Positions 33,838-44,123 of a stretch of 49,386 nt of DNA are shown here, one piece after another. Numbering within the stretch: position 1 is the first letter of the stretch; each line of letters begins with the position of its first letter. The notes under the pieces were generated by a model. The model searched no databases. It had not been told where the DNA came from and saw nothing but the letters and a program-made list of their open reading frames with translations. Where the stretch lies: NCBI GenBank assembly GCA_003552185.1, contig PUOW01000362.1, forward strand, positions 1 through 49,386, in the 5' to 3' direction. This DNA is from Spirochaetaceae bacterium. GTDB taxonomy: Bacteria; Spirochaetota; Spirochaetia; DSM-27196; SLAA01. A program made the position numbers and the translations under genes.

Positions 33838-34830
33838 CTACTCGGCGGCGTGTCGCAACGCCGACCCGATCGTCTGGTACGCAAGACGCGCGGCGGCGTA
33901 ATCCGCCATGTGCAGCCCCGCGACCGGCGCAAGCTCAACAAGGTCGAGCCCTACGATACGGCGCCGGCGCGCGACCGAGTCTATCAACGCCAGGATCTGA
34001 TACCATTCGAACCCGCCGGGCTCCGGAGTGCCGGTCGCCGGGATGATCGACGGGTCTAACCCGTCGAGGTCTATCGTGAGATAAACCTGCTGCGGAATCT
34101 GCTCGGGGATCGGAATCTCTCGTGTTCTCCCGGGCACCAGTTCGGCGGCGTCGTGGTACACCAGCCGCCCCTCGGCTACGAGCTGTTCGCGCAGCGTGAC
34201 CTCCTGCGGCGAGAGCGCGCGAACACCGAGCTGCAGCACGCGGTAGCCCGAATCAAGCACGCGTTTCATCACCGTGGCATGGCTGAACCGGTCGCCTTCG
34301 TAGCTGTCGCGAAGGTCGGCGTGAGCATCGAACTGCACCACCCCGAGCGCTTCCGCTTCCGCGCCGCCGGCGCGAGCCGCTGCTCGGGCGACCGCGCGGC
34401 TCACTCCTTCGATCGCCGGTAGACTGATCGAGTGTTCGCCGCCGAGCACTACCGGCAGCGCGCCGGCGCCGACGGCCGCCTCGCACGCCGCACGAATTCG
34501 GTCATAGACGGCTTCGCGCGGGCCGCTACACTCGATCGGCGGGTGCGTGTATAGTCCGGCCTCGGCCGGGACGCCGTGTCCGTCGAACAGTTCGAGCTGA
34601 TTGGAGGCCTCGATGATCGCCCCCGGCCCGGCCGCGGTGCCGCCTCCGTAGGAAACGGTGCGCTCGTACGGCACCGGGATCACGTGAACACGCGCGGCCT
34701 CGGGTGCGGGTTGCTCGATCTCACTCTCGAGAAACCGCGGGTAGCTCGCCGCCTGAGCGGTCTCGGACTCCGTCGGCTGTTCCGACGGGTGCTCCGTCGG
34801 CTGCTCCGGTCGTCGGTTTTGGGTGCTCAT
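33838..34830 (-). CDS. speB: agmatinase (ureohydrolase family)
   Basis: GGEHSIS, FDAHADLR and LTIDLDGLDP metal-binding motifs. The ATG overlaps the upstream stop by 1 nt (TAATG). Confidence 0.85.
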   Translation of the reverse strand: MSTQNRRPEQPTEHPSEQPTESETAQAASYPRFLESEIEQPAPEAARVHVIPVPYERTVSYGGGTAAGPGAIIEASNQLELFDGHGVPAEAGLYTHPPIECSGPREAVYDRIRAACEAAVGAGALPVVLGGEHSISLPAIEGVSRAVARAAARAGGAEAEALGVVQFDAHADLRDSYEGDRFSHATVMKRVLDSGYRVLQLGVRALSPQEVTLREQLVAEGRLVYHDAAELVPGRTREIPIPEQIPQQVYLTIDLDGLDPSIIPATGTPEPGGFEWYQILALIDSVARRRRIVGLDLVELAPVAGLHMADYAAARLAYQTIGSALRHAAE

Positions 34831-36137
34831 TAGCTCAACCTCGTGAGAAAGTCGTGATACCCGAAGCGTCGTAGCACGCGCAGCCGGCGGGTGCCGGAGT
34901 GGTAGAGCGCAAGCGCGGGGTGCGGAACGCCGTTGAACATCGTGGTCTTAACGAAGGTGTAGTGCGCCATGTCTTCAAACACCAGACGGTCGCCCGGTGT
35001 GAGCGGCTCGTTGAAGGAGTAGTCGCCGACGACGTCCCCGGCGAGGCAGGTAGGGCCGCCCAGCCGATAGGTGTGCGCGCGTTCTCCGGGCATACCTCCG
35101 CCGCGGATCTCGGGGCGATACGGCATCTCGAGCACGTCCGGCATATGCGCCGTGGCCGAGGCGTCGAGTATCGCGATCTGCATACCGTTCTCGATCACGT
35201 CGAGCACCGTGGCTACCAGCACACCGCTGCCGAGTACTATCGCCTCACCGGGCTCAAGATAGACCTCGAGGTCGTAGGTCTCGCGCAAGCGTTTCACGAG
35301 CGCGATCAATCGCTCGCGGTCGTACTCCGGTTTGGTGATGTGATGCCCGCCGCCGAGGTTGAGCCGGTGCATATGCGGCAGCCACTCGCCGAAGCGTTGC
35401 TCGAGGGCGGCAACGGTACGCTCGAGCGCCTCGCTGCCTTGCTCGCAGAGCGTGTGCATATGAAGCGTGGTGATGCCCTCAAGCAGACCCGGCGTCTCGG
35501 CGAGCGCGGTGCGAAGCGCTCGCTCGGTGGTACCGAGCCGGGAGTAGGGGGCGCAGGGGTCGTAGATCGCGGGCTCGGCCTCGGAATGCTCGGGGTTCAC
35601 GCGCAGCCCAAACTCGCAGCGGCTCTCTCGGCAGCGCTCTCGGTAGCGCAGCCACTGACTCGGCGAGTTGAACACCACGTGATCCGAGAGCGCGAGCACC
35701 TCTTCGAGATCGTCGGGCGAGTAGGCCGGCGAAAAGGTATGCACCGCGCCGCCGTGACACTCTTTCCCGAGGCGAGCCTCGTACGGTCCGCTCGCACACA
35801 CGCCGCTCAGCACCTCGGCGACACGCGGAAACACCGCGGGAAGCGCAAAGGCCTTGAGTGCCATGAGGATAACCGCGCCGGAACGTTCTTGAACCTCGCC
35901 GAGCACCGCGAGATTATCCTCGATTGCGCGCTCATCGATTACGAAGCTCGGCGACGGCACGGCGTCCGGGTCGAACCCCGCAAACGGCGCCGAACCGCGG
36001 GCCGCCGAACCGCGCGCGCCGGAGGGGCGGGGGCTGGAGGTGCGCGCGCCGGAGGTGCGGGCCGCTAATTCGTGCGCGTCTGAGTTATCCGCGCCCGAGC
36101 CTACTGGTCCGGTGCTGCCGCTTGAGCCCGAACTCAT
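34830..36137 (-). CDS. nspC: carboxy(nor)spermidine decarboxylase
   Basis: Start taken at ATG 36137, which forms ATGA with the upstream stop (alternative ATG 36155). LKAF PLP-Lys region, HMHTLCEQ and NLGGGHH. About 55-aa Ser/Gly/Ala/Arg-rich N-terminal extension. Confidence 0.85.
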   Translation of the reverse strand: MSSGSSGSTGPVGSGADNSDAHELAARTSGARTSSPRPSGARGSAARGSAPFAGFDPDAVPSPSFVIDERAIEDNLAVLGEVQERSGAVILMALKAFALPAVFPRVAEVLSGVCASGPYEARLGKECHGGAVHTFSPAYSPDDLEEVLALSDHVVFNSPSQWLRYRERCRESRCEFGLRVNPEHSEAEPAIYDPCAPYSRLGTTERALRTALAETPGLLEGITTLHMHTLCEQGSEALERTVAALEQRFGEWLPHMHRLNLGGGHHITKPEYDRERLIALVKRLRETYDLEVYLEPGEAIVLGSGVLVATVLDVIENGMQIAILDASATAHMPDVLEMPYRPEIRGGGMPGERAHTYRLGGPTCLAGDVVGDYSFNEPLTPGDRLVFEDMAHYTFVKTTMFNGVPHPALALYHSGTRRLRVLRRFGYHDFLTRLS

Positions 36138-37312
36138 AGAAAGGTCTCGTGCCATGGGAGCCCGTCGCTGTTGAGCGCTTTCATGAACGGGTCGGGGTCG
36201 AACTGCTCCATGTTGAACACCCCGTCGCCGCGCCACGCGCCGGTCAGCATCATCTTGGCGCCGATCATCGCCGGCACGCCGGTGGTATACGACACCGCCT
36301 GCGACCGCACCTCGCGGTAGGCCTGCTGGTGGTCGCAGATATTGTAGACATAGTACTTGCGCGGTTGTCCGTCCCGAGTGCCCTCGATCACGCAGCCGAT
36401 GCAGGTCTTGCCTTTGGTATCGGGCCCCAACGAGGCCGGGTCGGGCAGCACGGACTTGAGAAACTGTAACGGGACGATCTTCACCCCCTGGTGTTCCACC
36501 GGGTCGATCCTGGTCATGCCGACGTTCTGCAGCACCTCGAGATGCTTGAGGTAGCTGTCGGAAAACGTCATCCAGAATCGCGCTTCGCGGATCTCGGGCA
36601 GATGCTTGGTGATCGACTCGAGCTCCTCGTGGTACATGAGGTAGATCTTGCGTGGTCCGATACCGTCGGGAAAATCGAACTCCTCTACCACCTCGAGCGG
36701 ACCGGTCTCTACCCAACCGCCGTCCTTGTAGTAGCGCCCGTTTTGGGTTACCTCGCGAATATTGATCTCGGGATTGAAGTTGGTTGCGAACGGCTTACCG
36801 TGATCGCCCGCGTTGCAGTCGATGATATCGAGCGTCTCGATGCGATCGAAGTGGTGCTTGCGCGCGTGCGCGGTGAAGACGTTCGTTACACCGGGGTCGA
36901 ACCCGCTACCGAGCAACGCCATGAGACCGCGTTCGCGAAAGCGTTCGTGGTACTCCCACTGCCAGGAGTACGAAAAGCGCGCGTCGTCGGGCGGTTCGTA
37001 GTTGGCGGTATCGAGGTAGTCGACACCGGTCTCGAGACAGGCGTCCATGATCGTGAGGTCCTGGTACGGGAGCGCCACGTTGATTACCAGCGCCGGTTTC
37101 TCGCGCTCAATGAGCTCAACCGTCTGCGGAACCTGGTCGGCGTCCACCTGCGCGGTTTTGATTGGGCGCTCGATCTGCTCGGCGATGCGGCGGCACTTGC
37201 TCTCGGTGCGGCTCGCGAGCACGATCTCGGAGAACACCTCCGGGTTCTGCGCGCATTTGTGTGTTACCACCTGTCCGACGCCTCCTGCGCCGATGATCAG
37301 TACCTTTGCCAT
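36134..37312 (-). CDS. carboxy(nor)spermidine dehydrogenase/synthase (saccharopine dehydrogenase family)
   Basis: IIGAGGVGQVV Rossmann motif and 392 aa. Positioned between speA and nspC as in known alternative spermidine operons. Confidence 0.85.
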   Translation of the reverse strand: MAKVLIIGAGGVGQVVTHKCAQNPEVFSEIVLASRTESKCRRIAEQIERPIKTAQVDADQVPQTVELIEREKPALVINVALPYQDLTIMDACLETGVDYLDTANYEPPDDARFSYSWQWEYHERFRERGLMALLGSGFDPGVTNVFTAHARKHHFDRIETLDIIDCNAGDHGKPFATNFNPEINIREVTQNGRYYKDGGWVETGPLEVVEEFDFPDGIGPRKIYLMYHEELESITKHLPEIREARFWMTFSDSYLKHLEVLQNVGMTRIDPVEHQGVKIVPLQFLKSVLPDPASLGPDTKGKTCIGCVIEGTRDGQPRKYYVYNICDHQQAYREVRSQAVSYTTGVPAMIGAKMMLTGAWRGDGVFNMEQFDPDPFMKALNSDGLPWHETFL

Positions 37313-37374
37313 GATAGCCTCCTCGGCCCCTTGGGTAGTGTGCAGTGCTTGAAGGCCGCCGGCGCTTCAATCGT

Positions 37375-39291
<1,917 letters not shown>

Positions 39292-39299
39292 TGGCTTGC

Positions 39300-39308
39300 A
39301 CTATAGCA
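39300..39308 (-). promoter_or_regulatory. extended -10 element TGcTATAGT, 8 nt upstream of the speA ATG
   Basis: Read on the minus strand. No SD between the box and ATG 39291. Confidence 0.4.
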
Positions 39309-39337
39309 AATGCTTCGCCCGGTCGTGAAGACCTGCC

Positions 39338-39425
39338 GCCGCGAGGGCTGCCCCGCCGCGAGGGCTGCCCGCCGCGAGGGCTGCGCCACCGCGAGGGCTG
39401 CGCCACCGCGAGGGCTGCGCCACCG
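39338..39425. repeat. five tandem copies of a 16-18 bp unit CCGCGAGGGCTGC(G)CC(A)
   Basis: Units start at 39338, 39355, 39371, 39389 and 39406. The last three are nearly identical (GCCGCGAGGGCTGCGCCA / CCGCGAGGGCTGCGCCA). Confidence 0.85.
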
Positions 39426-39453
39426 GATTCCGAAAAAACCGACGCGTTTTTTG

Positions 39454-39481
39454 TTGCTTTTGCGGCGCAAAGCGATACTAT
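39454..39481 (+). promoter_or_regulatory. putative promoter TTGCTT-16-TACTAT for the ATP-grasp/CocE-NonD pair
   Basis: Hexamers at 39454-39459 and 39476-39481. About 90-nt leader ending in SD GGAGGA. Confidence 0.35.
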
Positions 39482-39574
39482 TGTCTCGTTAAAGCGCGGG
39501 CAAATACGAAGAGTCTGAGCCGCTCGGCGCGCCTTTAGGCGTGGTCGTGACGGCGGCTCGAGGAGGATGAACAC

Positions 39575-40897
39575 ATGAAGAAAAATGTCTTCATCATGGG
39601 GTTGAGTGATTTCCATCGTGCCTTTATTCGAAACATTCCGAACATCGCCCGCTACGAGCTGCATGGCCTGCTTACCCCCGAAGAGTTCCTCGAGACCTAC
39701 GACTTTCCGGTAGCCGAGATGCTGTCGCGAGCAGAGGCAGAGCTCAACGGATTTCGCAACGGCCGCTCGGTCGACGCGATCGTGGGTTACATGGATTTTC
39801 CGGTGAGCACGATGCTGCCGATTCTCTGCCGGAAGTTCGGCACGCACTCTCCGTCTCTCGAGAGTTTGCTGAAGTGCGAGCACAAGTACTGGAGTAGGAT
39901 GGAGCAACGCACAGTGATTCCCGAGCACATCCCGGAGTTTCGCGTATTCAATCCGTTCGACCCTGACGCGCTGCGGCAGATCGATCTGCCGTACCCATTC
40001 TGGGTTAAGCCGATCAAGTCCTCCGGCTCGTTTCTCGGGTTTTATGTCGACAGCGATCAGGCCTTCGCCGAGGTGTGCACCGAGATCCGCGCGCGTATCG
40101 AACAGATTGCCGAGCCGTTCAATCACGTGTTGCAGTTCGCAGAGTTGCCGCCGGAGATTCAAGGTGTCGACGGGCACGCCTGCCTCGCCGAGTCGATAAT
40201 CGGCGGACGGCAGTGTACGCTCGAAGGCTACTCGCACAACGGCACGGTGCGCACAATCGGTATCGTCGACTCCATCCGCTACGAGAACGACGTGAGCTTC
40301 TTTCGCTACGAGTACCCTTCGTCGCTGCCGGACCAGATACAGCAGCGGATGGAGGAGCTCACGAGCACCGTGATTCGCGCGCTCGGTTACGACAACGGTG
40401 CGTTCAATATCGAGTACTTCTGGGATCGGCAAAACGACAAGATCTGGCTGCTCGAGATCAACACACGGGTTTCTCAGTCGCACTCCTATCTGTTTGAGAA
40501 GGTTGACGGGGTCACGAATCAGCTCGCAACAATAGAGACCGGATTGGGGCACGACCCGAGCTTCCCCCATCGCGAGGGTGAGTTCTTCTGTGCGGCGAAG
40601 TTCTTCTGGCGACTGTTTGAGGACGGAGTAATTACGCGCGTGCCGAGCGAGGACGACTACGAACGGGTGCGCGCCGAGATGCCGGACGTCATTGTGCGAC
40701 CACAGGTGGAGGTGGGTATGCGGCTCTCCGATCTGCTCGAACAGGACAGCTACAGCTACGCGATTGCCCATGTTTTCATAGGGGCTCGAAGCAGGAAGGA
40801 GTTGCTCGATAAGTACATGCGCTGTCGTGAACTGCTGCCGTTCGAGTACAAGCCGCAATCGGCCGATAGGCCGGTGGAGCTTGCATGGAAATCGTAA
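39575..40897 (+). CDS. ATP-grasp domain protein, substrate unknown
   Basis: SD GGAGGA upstream. PFWVKPIKSSGS and WLLEINTRVSQS ATP-grasp signatures. G/C-rich third positions support this strand over the 556-aa antisense ORF. Confidence 0.75.
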   Translation: MKKNVFIMGLSDFHRAFIRNIPNIARYELHGLLTPEEFLETYDFPVAEMLSRAEAELNGFRNGRSVDAIVGYMDFPVSTMLPILCRKFGTHSPSLESLLKCEHKYWSRMEQRTVIPEHIPEFRVFNPFDPDALRQIDLPYPFWVKPIKSSGSFLGFYVDSDQAFAEVCTEIRARIEQIAEPFNHVLQFAELPPEIQGVDGHACLAESIIGGRQCTLEGYSHNGTVRTIGIVDSIRYENDVSFFRYEYPSSLPDQIQQRMEELTSTVIRALGYDNGAFNIEYFWDRQNDKIWLLEINTRVSQSHSYLFEKVDGVTNQLATIETGLGHDPSFPHREGEFFCAAKFFWRLFEDGVITRVPSEDDYERVRAEMPDVIVRPQVEVGMRLSDLLEQDSYSYAIAHVFIGARSRKELLDKYMRCRELLPFEYKPQSADRPVELAWKS

Positions 40898-42960
40898 GCG
40901 AGTTTCCCCGCCCGGTGCGCGAGATCGAGCATATGCTGATCCCTATGAGCGACGGAGCTGCGCTCGCGGCGCGCATCTGGCTTCCGGCCGACGCCGAGCA
41001 CGACCCGGTTCCGGCGGTGTTGGAGTATATCCCGTATCGCAAGCGTGATCTCACCGCCGAACGCGATCTTCAGCACCTGCCGTATGTTGCCGGGCACGGT
41101 TACGCCTGCGTGCGGGTAGACTTACGAGGAAGCGGCGAGAGCGACGGAGTACTGACCGATGAGTACCTGCAGCAAGAGCTCGACGACGGCGTGGAGGTGT
41201 TGCGGTGGATCGCGTCGCAGCCGTGGTGCACCGGGGCTATCGGGATGATCGGCATCTCGTGGGGCGGTTTCAACGGCCTGCAGATCGCGGCGATGCAGCC
41301 GCCGCAGCTCAAAGCCGTGATTACGCTGTGCTCAACCGACGATCGCTACGCCGACGATGTGCATTACATGGGCGGGTGTCTACTCGGCGACAACCTCTCA
41401 TGGGCATCAACGATGTTCGATCAAAACACGCATCCTCCCGACCCGCTGCTGGTGGGGGAACGCTGGCGCTCGATCTGGCTCGAGCGTCTCGAGAAGAGCG
41501 GGCTATGGCTCGAGACCTGGATGCGGCACCCGCACCGCGACGAGTACTGGAAGCATGGTTCGGTCTGCGAAGACTACAGCGCGATTCGCTGCCCGGTGAT
41601 GGCGGTGAGCGGCTGGGCCGACGGGTACACCAACGCGGTGTTCCGGTTGATGGAGCATCTCGAGGTGCCTCGCAAGGGCCTGGTCGGGCCGTGGAGTCAC
41701 AAATACCCGCACCTCGGAGAGCCCGGTCCCGCGATCGGGTTTCTGCAGGAAGAGCTTAGGTGGTGGAACCGGTGGCTCAAAGGCCATGACAACGGCATCA
41801 TGAGCGAGCCGATGATCCGCGTCTGGATGCAGGACAGCGTACCGCCGACCACAAGCTATAAGCATCGCCCGGGGCGCTGGGTGGCGGAGTGGGAGTGGCC
41901 GTCGCCGCGCATCGAGCACAGGCGCTACGCGCTGGGGAAGGGCACGCTCGTGCTTAACGCCGAGTCCGGCGGCGAGCCGCGGCGCGAGCCATCCCGTGAG
42001 CCGCCCGCCGCGAGCGGCGGGCAGCCGGAACTCGAGCTGCAGATTCAATCGCCGCTCAGCGTAGGGCTGTTTGCCGGAAAATGGTGCAGCTATCAGGCGC
42101 CGCCCGACCTGCCGCACGATCAACGCGAGGAGGACGGCGGCGCGTTGGTGTTCGAGAGCCGGATGCTCGAGAAAGGCATTCAAATTCTCGGGCAGCCGGT
42201 GGTAGAGCTCGAGCTCTCCGCCAACGAGCCGGTCGCTATGGTGGCGGTGCGTCTCTCGGATGTGGCGCCCGACGACAAGGCTACGAGAGTGACCTACGGA
42301 TTGCTCAATCTCACGCACCGAGACGGACACGAACGCCCGAGTGCTCTTGACGTAGGGCGGCGATATCGTGTGCGCGTTCCGATGAACCACATAGCGCAGG
42401 ACTTTCCGCCGGGGCACCGGTTTCGTCTCTCGATCTCGACGAGTTACTGGCCGCTCGCCTGGCCCTCGCCGCGTCCTGCCCGGCTGCACCTATACCCGGA
42501 GAGCAGTGTGCTGGACCTTCCTGTTCGGCCTTCGCGCCGGGAAGACGAGGCGTTGCGTGCCTTCGATCCGCCGGTGGGAGCTCCGCCTGTGAGGAAGACC
42601 TTGCTCGTATCGGGGAAGGAATCCTGGACCGTAATCAGGGATCTGGCGCGCGAGGAGTCGCGCCTCGAGGTTGTTCACGACAGCGGAAGCTTTCGGCTCG
42701 ACGATATAGACCTCGTGATTCACGGCAAGGTAACCGAGGTGTACTCCAACTTCGTCGACGAGTACGACTCGCTGAGCGGGGAAACCGTCTGGGAGCGGAG
42801 CTTTTCGCGCGGCGAATGGCAGGTCCGTACCGTCACACGGACGCTCTTGACCTCGGACTCCGAAACGTTTCGCATTCGTGCCGACCTCGACGCCTATGAA
42901 GGAAAGAGTAGGGTGTTCAGTAAGAGCTGGGACACCACCATCGAACGTAACCTTGTGTGA
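40885..42960 (+). CDS. CocE/NonD family hydrolase (S15 X-Pro dipeptidyl-peptidase-like)
   Basis: IPMSDGAALAARIWLP N-terminus, GISWGG nucleophile elbow, 691 aa. ATG 40885 overlaps the ATP-grasp gene by 13 nt (alternative ATG 40933). Confidence 0.85.
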   Translation: MEIVSEFPRPVREIEHMLIPMSDGAALAARIWLPADAEHDPVPAVLEYIPYRKRDLTAERDLQHLPYVAGHGYACVRVDLRGSGESDGVLTDEYLQQELDDGVEVLRWIASQPWCTGAIGMIGISWGGFNGLQIAAMQPPQLKAVITLCSTDDRYADDVHYMGGCLLGDNLSWASTMFDQNTHPPDPLLVGERWRSIWLERLEKSGLWLETWMRHPHRDEYWKHGSVCEDYSAIRCPVMAVSGWADGYTNAVFRLMEHLEVPRKGLVGPWSHKYPHLGEPGPAIGFLQEELRWWNRWLKGHDNGIMSEPMIRVWMQDSVPPTTSYKHRPGRWVAEWEWPSPRIEHRRYALGKGTLVLNAESGGEPRREPSREPPAASGGQPELELQIQSPLSVGLFAGKWCSYQAPPDLPHDQREEDGGALVFESRMLEKGIQILGQPVVELELSANEPVAMVAVRLSDVAPDDKATRVTYGLLNLTHRDGHERPSALDVGRRYRVRVPMNHIAQDFPPGHRFRLSISTSYWPLAWPSPRPARLHLYPESSVLDLPVRPSRREDEALRAFDPPVGAPPVRKTLLVSGKESWTVIRDLAREESRLEVVHDSGSFRLDDIDLVIHGKVTEVYSNFVDEYDSLSGETVWERSFSRGEWQVRTVTRTLLTSDSETFRIRADLDAYEGKSRVFSKSWDTTIERNLV

Positions 42961-43019
42961 TGCGCGGCCCGCTCCGCGCTGCCGCGCCGCCCTGCTGCGC
43001 CACGCGCACGGCCGCGCAT
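42960..43019. repeat. 10-bp perfect inverted repeat ATGCGCGGCC / GGCCGCGCAT with a 40-nt GC-rich loop
   Basis: Arms at 42960-42969 and 43010-43019, starting in the CocE/NonD stop codon. Confidence 0.7.
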
Positions 43020-43079
43020 CGCTCTCGGCGCGCGGGGGGCGCAAGTCGCGCCGCCCGGCCACGTCCTGCAGCGTCGCGA

Positions 43080-44075
43080 TCAGCCGATCGCGCTTGCCTG
43101 GGCGCGGAGGTCTTCTATCTCGGTGATCCAGAACGCCTTGGAACCCCAGTCGGGATGCGCGTTTCGGAACCAGAAGTCGTGGCGCTGTCGGGCTTGCCAC
43201 GTCAAAAAGTATATGATGCGCATGAAGCGCAGCGGCTCAATCAGCGCGGTAGTGTGGTGGTCGAACGGCAGGAACTGTTCGTAGCCCTCGAGCAGCATCG
43301 TGAGCTCGCGCCGGCAGTGCTCGGCATGATCCGGCAGGAGCAACCAGATGTCCTGGACCGGAGGAGCGGTCATGGTGTCGTCGAAGTCTATCAAGAGCAG
43401 CCCTTCTCCCGGGCGCTCGAGGATGTTGCCGCGGTGACAGTCGCCGTGCACGCGCTGATACCGCACGCCGTCGAAGCTCGAACCGAAGGCTTCGATCGTG
43501 GAGCCGCACAGCGCCTCGAACTCCTCGCGGCAGTCGGGATGCACCACGCCCTCCTCGAGCAACTCCCGAACGTATTCGGTGGCGGTTGAGGGTGCGAGTA
43601 CCGGGCGATTCGGGGCGTCGCGGATGCCGCCCGCGAGGTGACATCGAGCGACGAGCGCTCCGAGTCTGAACCACTGTTCATCGCTCTCGGCGTCGAAGTT
43701 TCGTCCGCCTCGCTTCGGAAACAGCGCGAACGCAAAGCTCTCGCACCGCTTCTCGCCGGCCTCTGTCTCGCCCTCCACCTCGAGTTCCAACAGCGTGTCG
43801 CCGTCGGCATCGGCTATCGGGGTTGCCACCGGCAGATCGCCGCGCGCGCAGTCTTCGATGAAGCGGTGCTCCTCGAGCAGCGCCGCCCGGCTCCACCGTC
43901 CCGGCCGATAGAACTTCGCGACGAGCTCCTCGCCTTCGTCGGTTGTTACGCCGTATACGCGGTTGATGTAGCTTGGGAACGGGAAGACCGTGCCGTTCAA
44001 AGTGAGCGAGAACGACTCCTCCACCGCGTGCACCACCGCCTGCGGGGTCAGTAGATCGAATAGTCCGGTTTGCAT
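43080..44075 (-). CDS. srkA: stress-response Ser/Thr kinase, SrkA/RdoA (YihE) family
   Basis: SYINRVYGV, KFYRPGRWS, HGDCHRGNIL and IDFDD motifs. Confidence 0.8.
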   Translation of the reverse strand: MQTGLFDLLTPQAVVHAVEESFSLTLNGTVFPFPSYINRVYGVTTDEGEELVAKFYRPGRWSRAALLEEHRFIEDCARGDLPVATPIADADGDTLLELEVEGETEAGEKRCESFAFALFPKRGGRNFDAESDEQWFRLGALVARCHLAGGIRDAPNRPVLAPSTATEYVRELLEEGVVHPDCREEFEALCGSTIEAFGSSFDGVRYQRVHGDCHRGNILERPGEGLLLIDFDDTMTAPPVQDIWLLLPDHAEHCRRELTMLLEGYEQFLPFDHHTTALIEPLRFMRIIYFLTWQARQRHDFWFRNAHPDWGSKAFWITEIEDLRAQASAIG

Positions 44076-44081
44076 TGCTTG

Positions 44082-44087
44082 ATATTA
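44082..44087 (-). promoter_or_regulatory. -10-like TAATAT, 6 nt upstream of the srkA-like ATG
   Basis: Read on the minus strand. No SD and no convincing -35. Confidence 0.3.
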
Positions 44088-44123
44088 CCGTAGACGCAGT
44101 TGTGCGCGATGAGTGTTCCTACC

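Noticed and set aside
34899-36068. 389-aa plus-strand ORF opposite the carboxy(nor)spermidine decarboxylase gene. The same class includes 20604-21596, 21597-22400, 22852-23814, 36491-37387, 41503-42489, 11821-12594 and 16203-16787.
   Set aside because: All are antisense or alternate frames of genes with clear family motifs. None has an SD, a plausible start context or any recognisable domain.
36138-36716. 193-codon N-terminal extension of the decarboxylase ORF in the track (628 aa total)
   Set aside because: The extension overlaps the 3' part of the upstream dehydrogenase gene out of frame and is Arg/Gly/Gln/Asp-rich. The ATGA junction at 36134-36137 gives a normal-length enzyme.
39338-39425. 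Possible CRISPR array
   Set aside because: The repeats are contiguous 16-18 bp units with no intervening unique spacers, and no cas genes are nearby. This is a simple tandem repeat.
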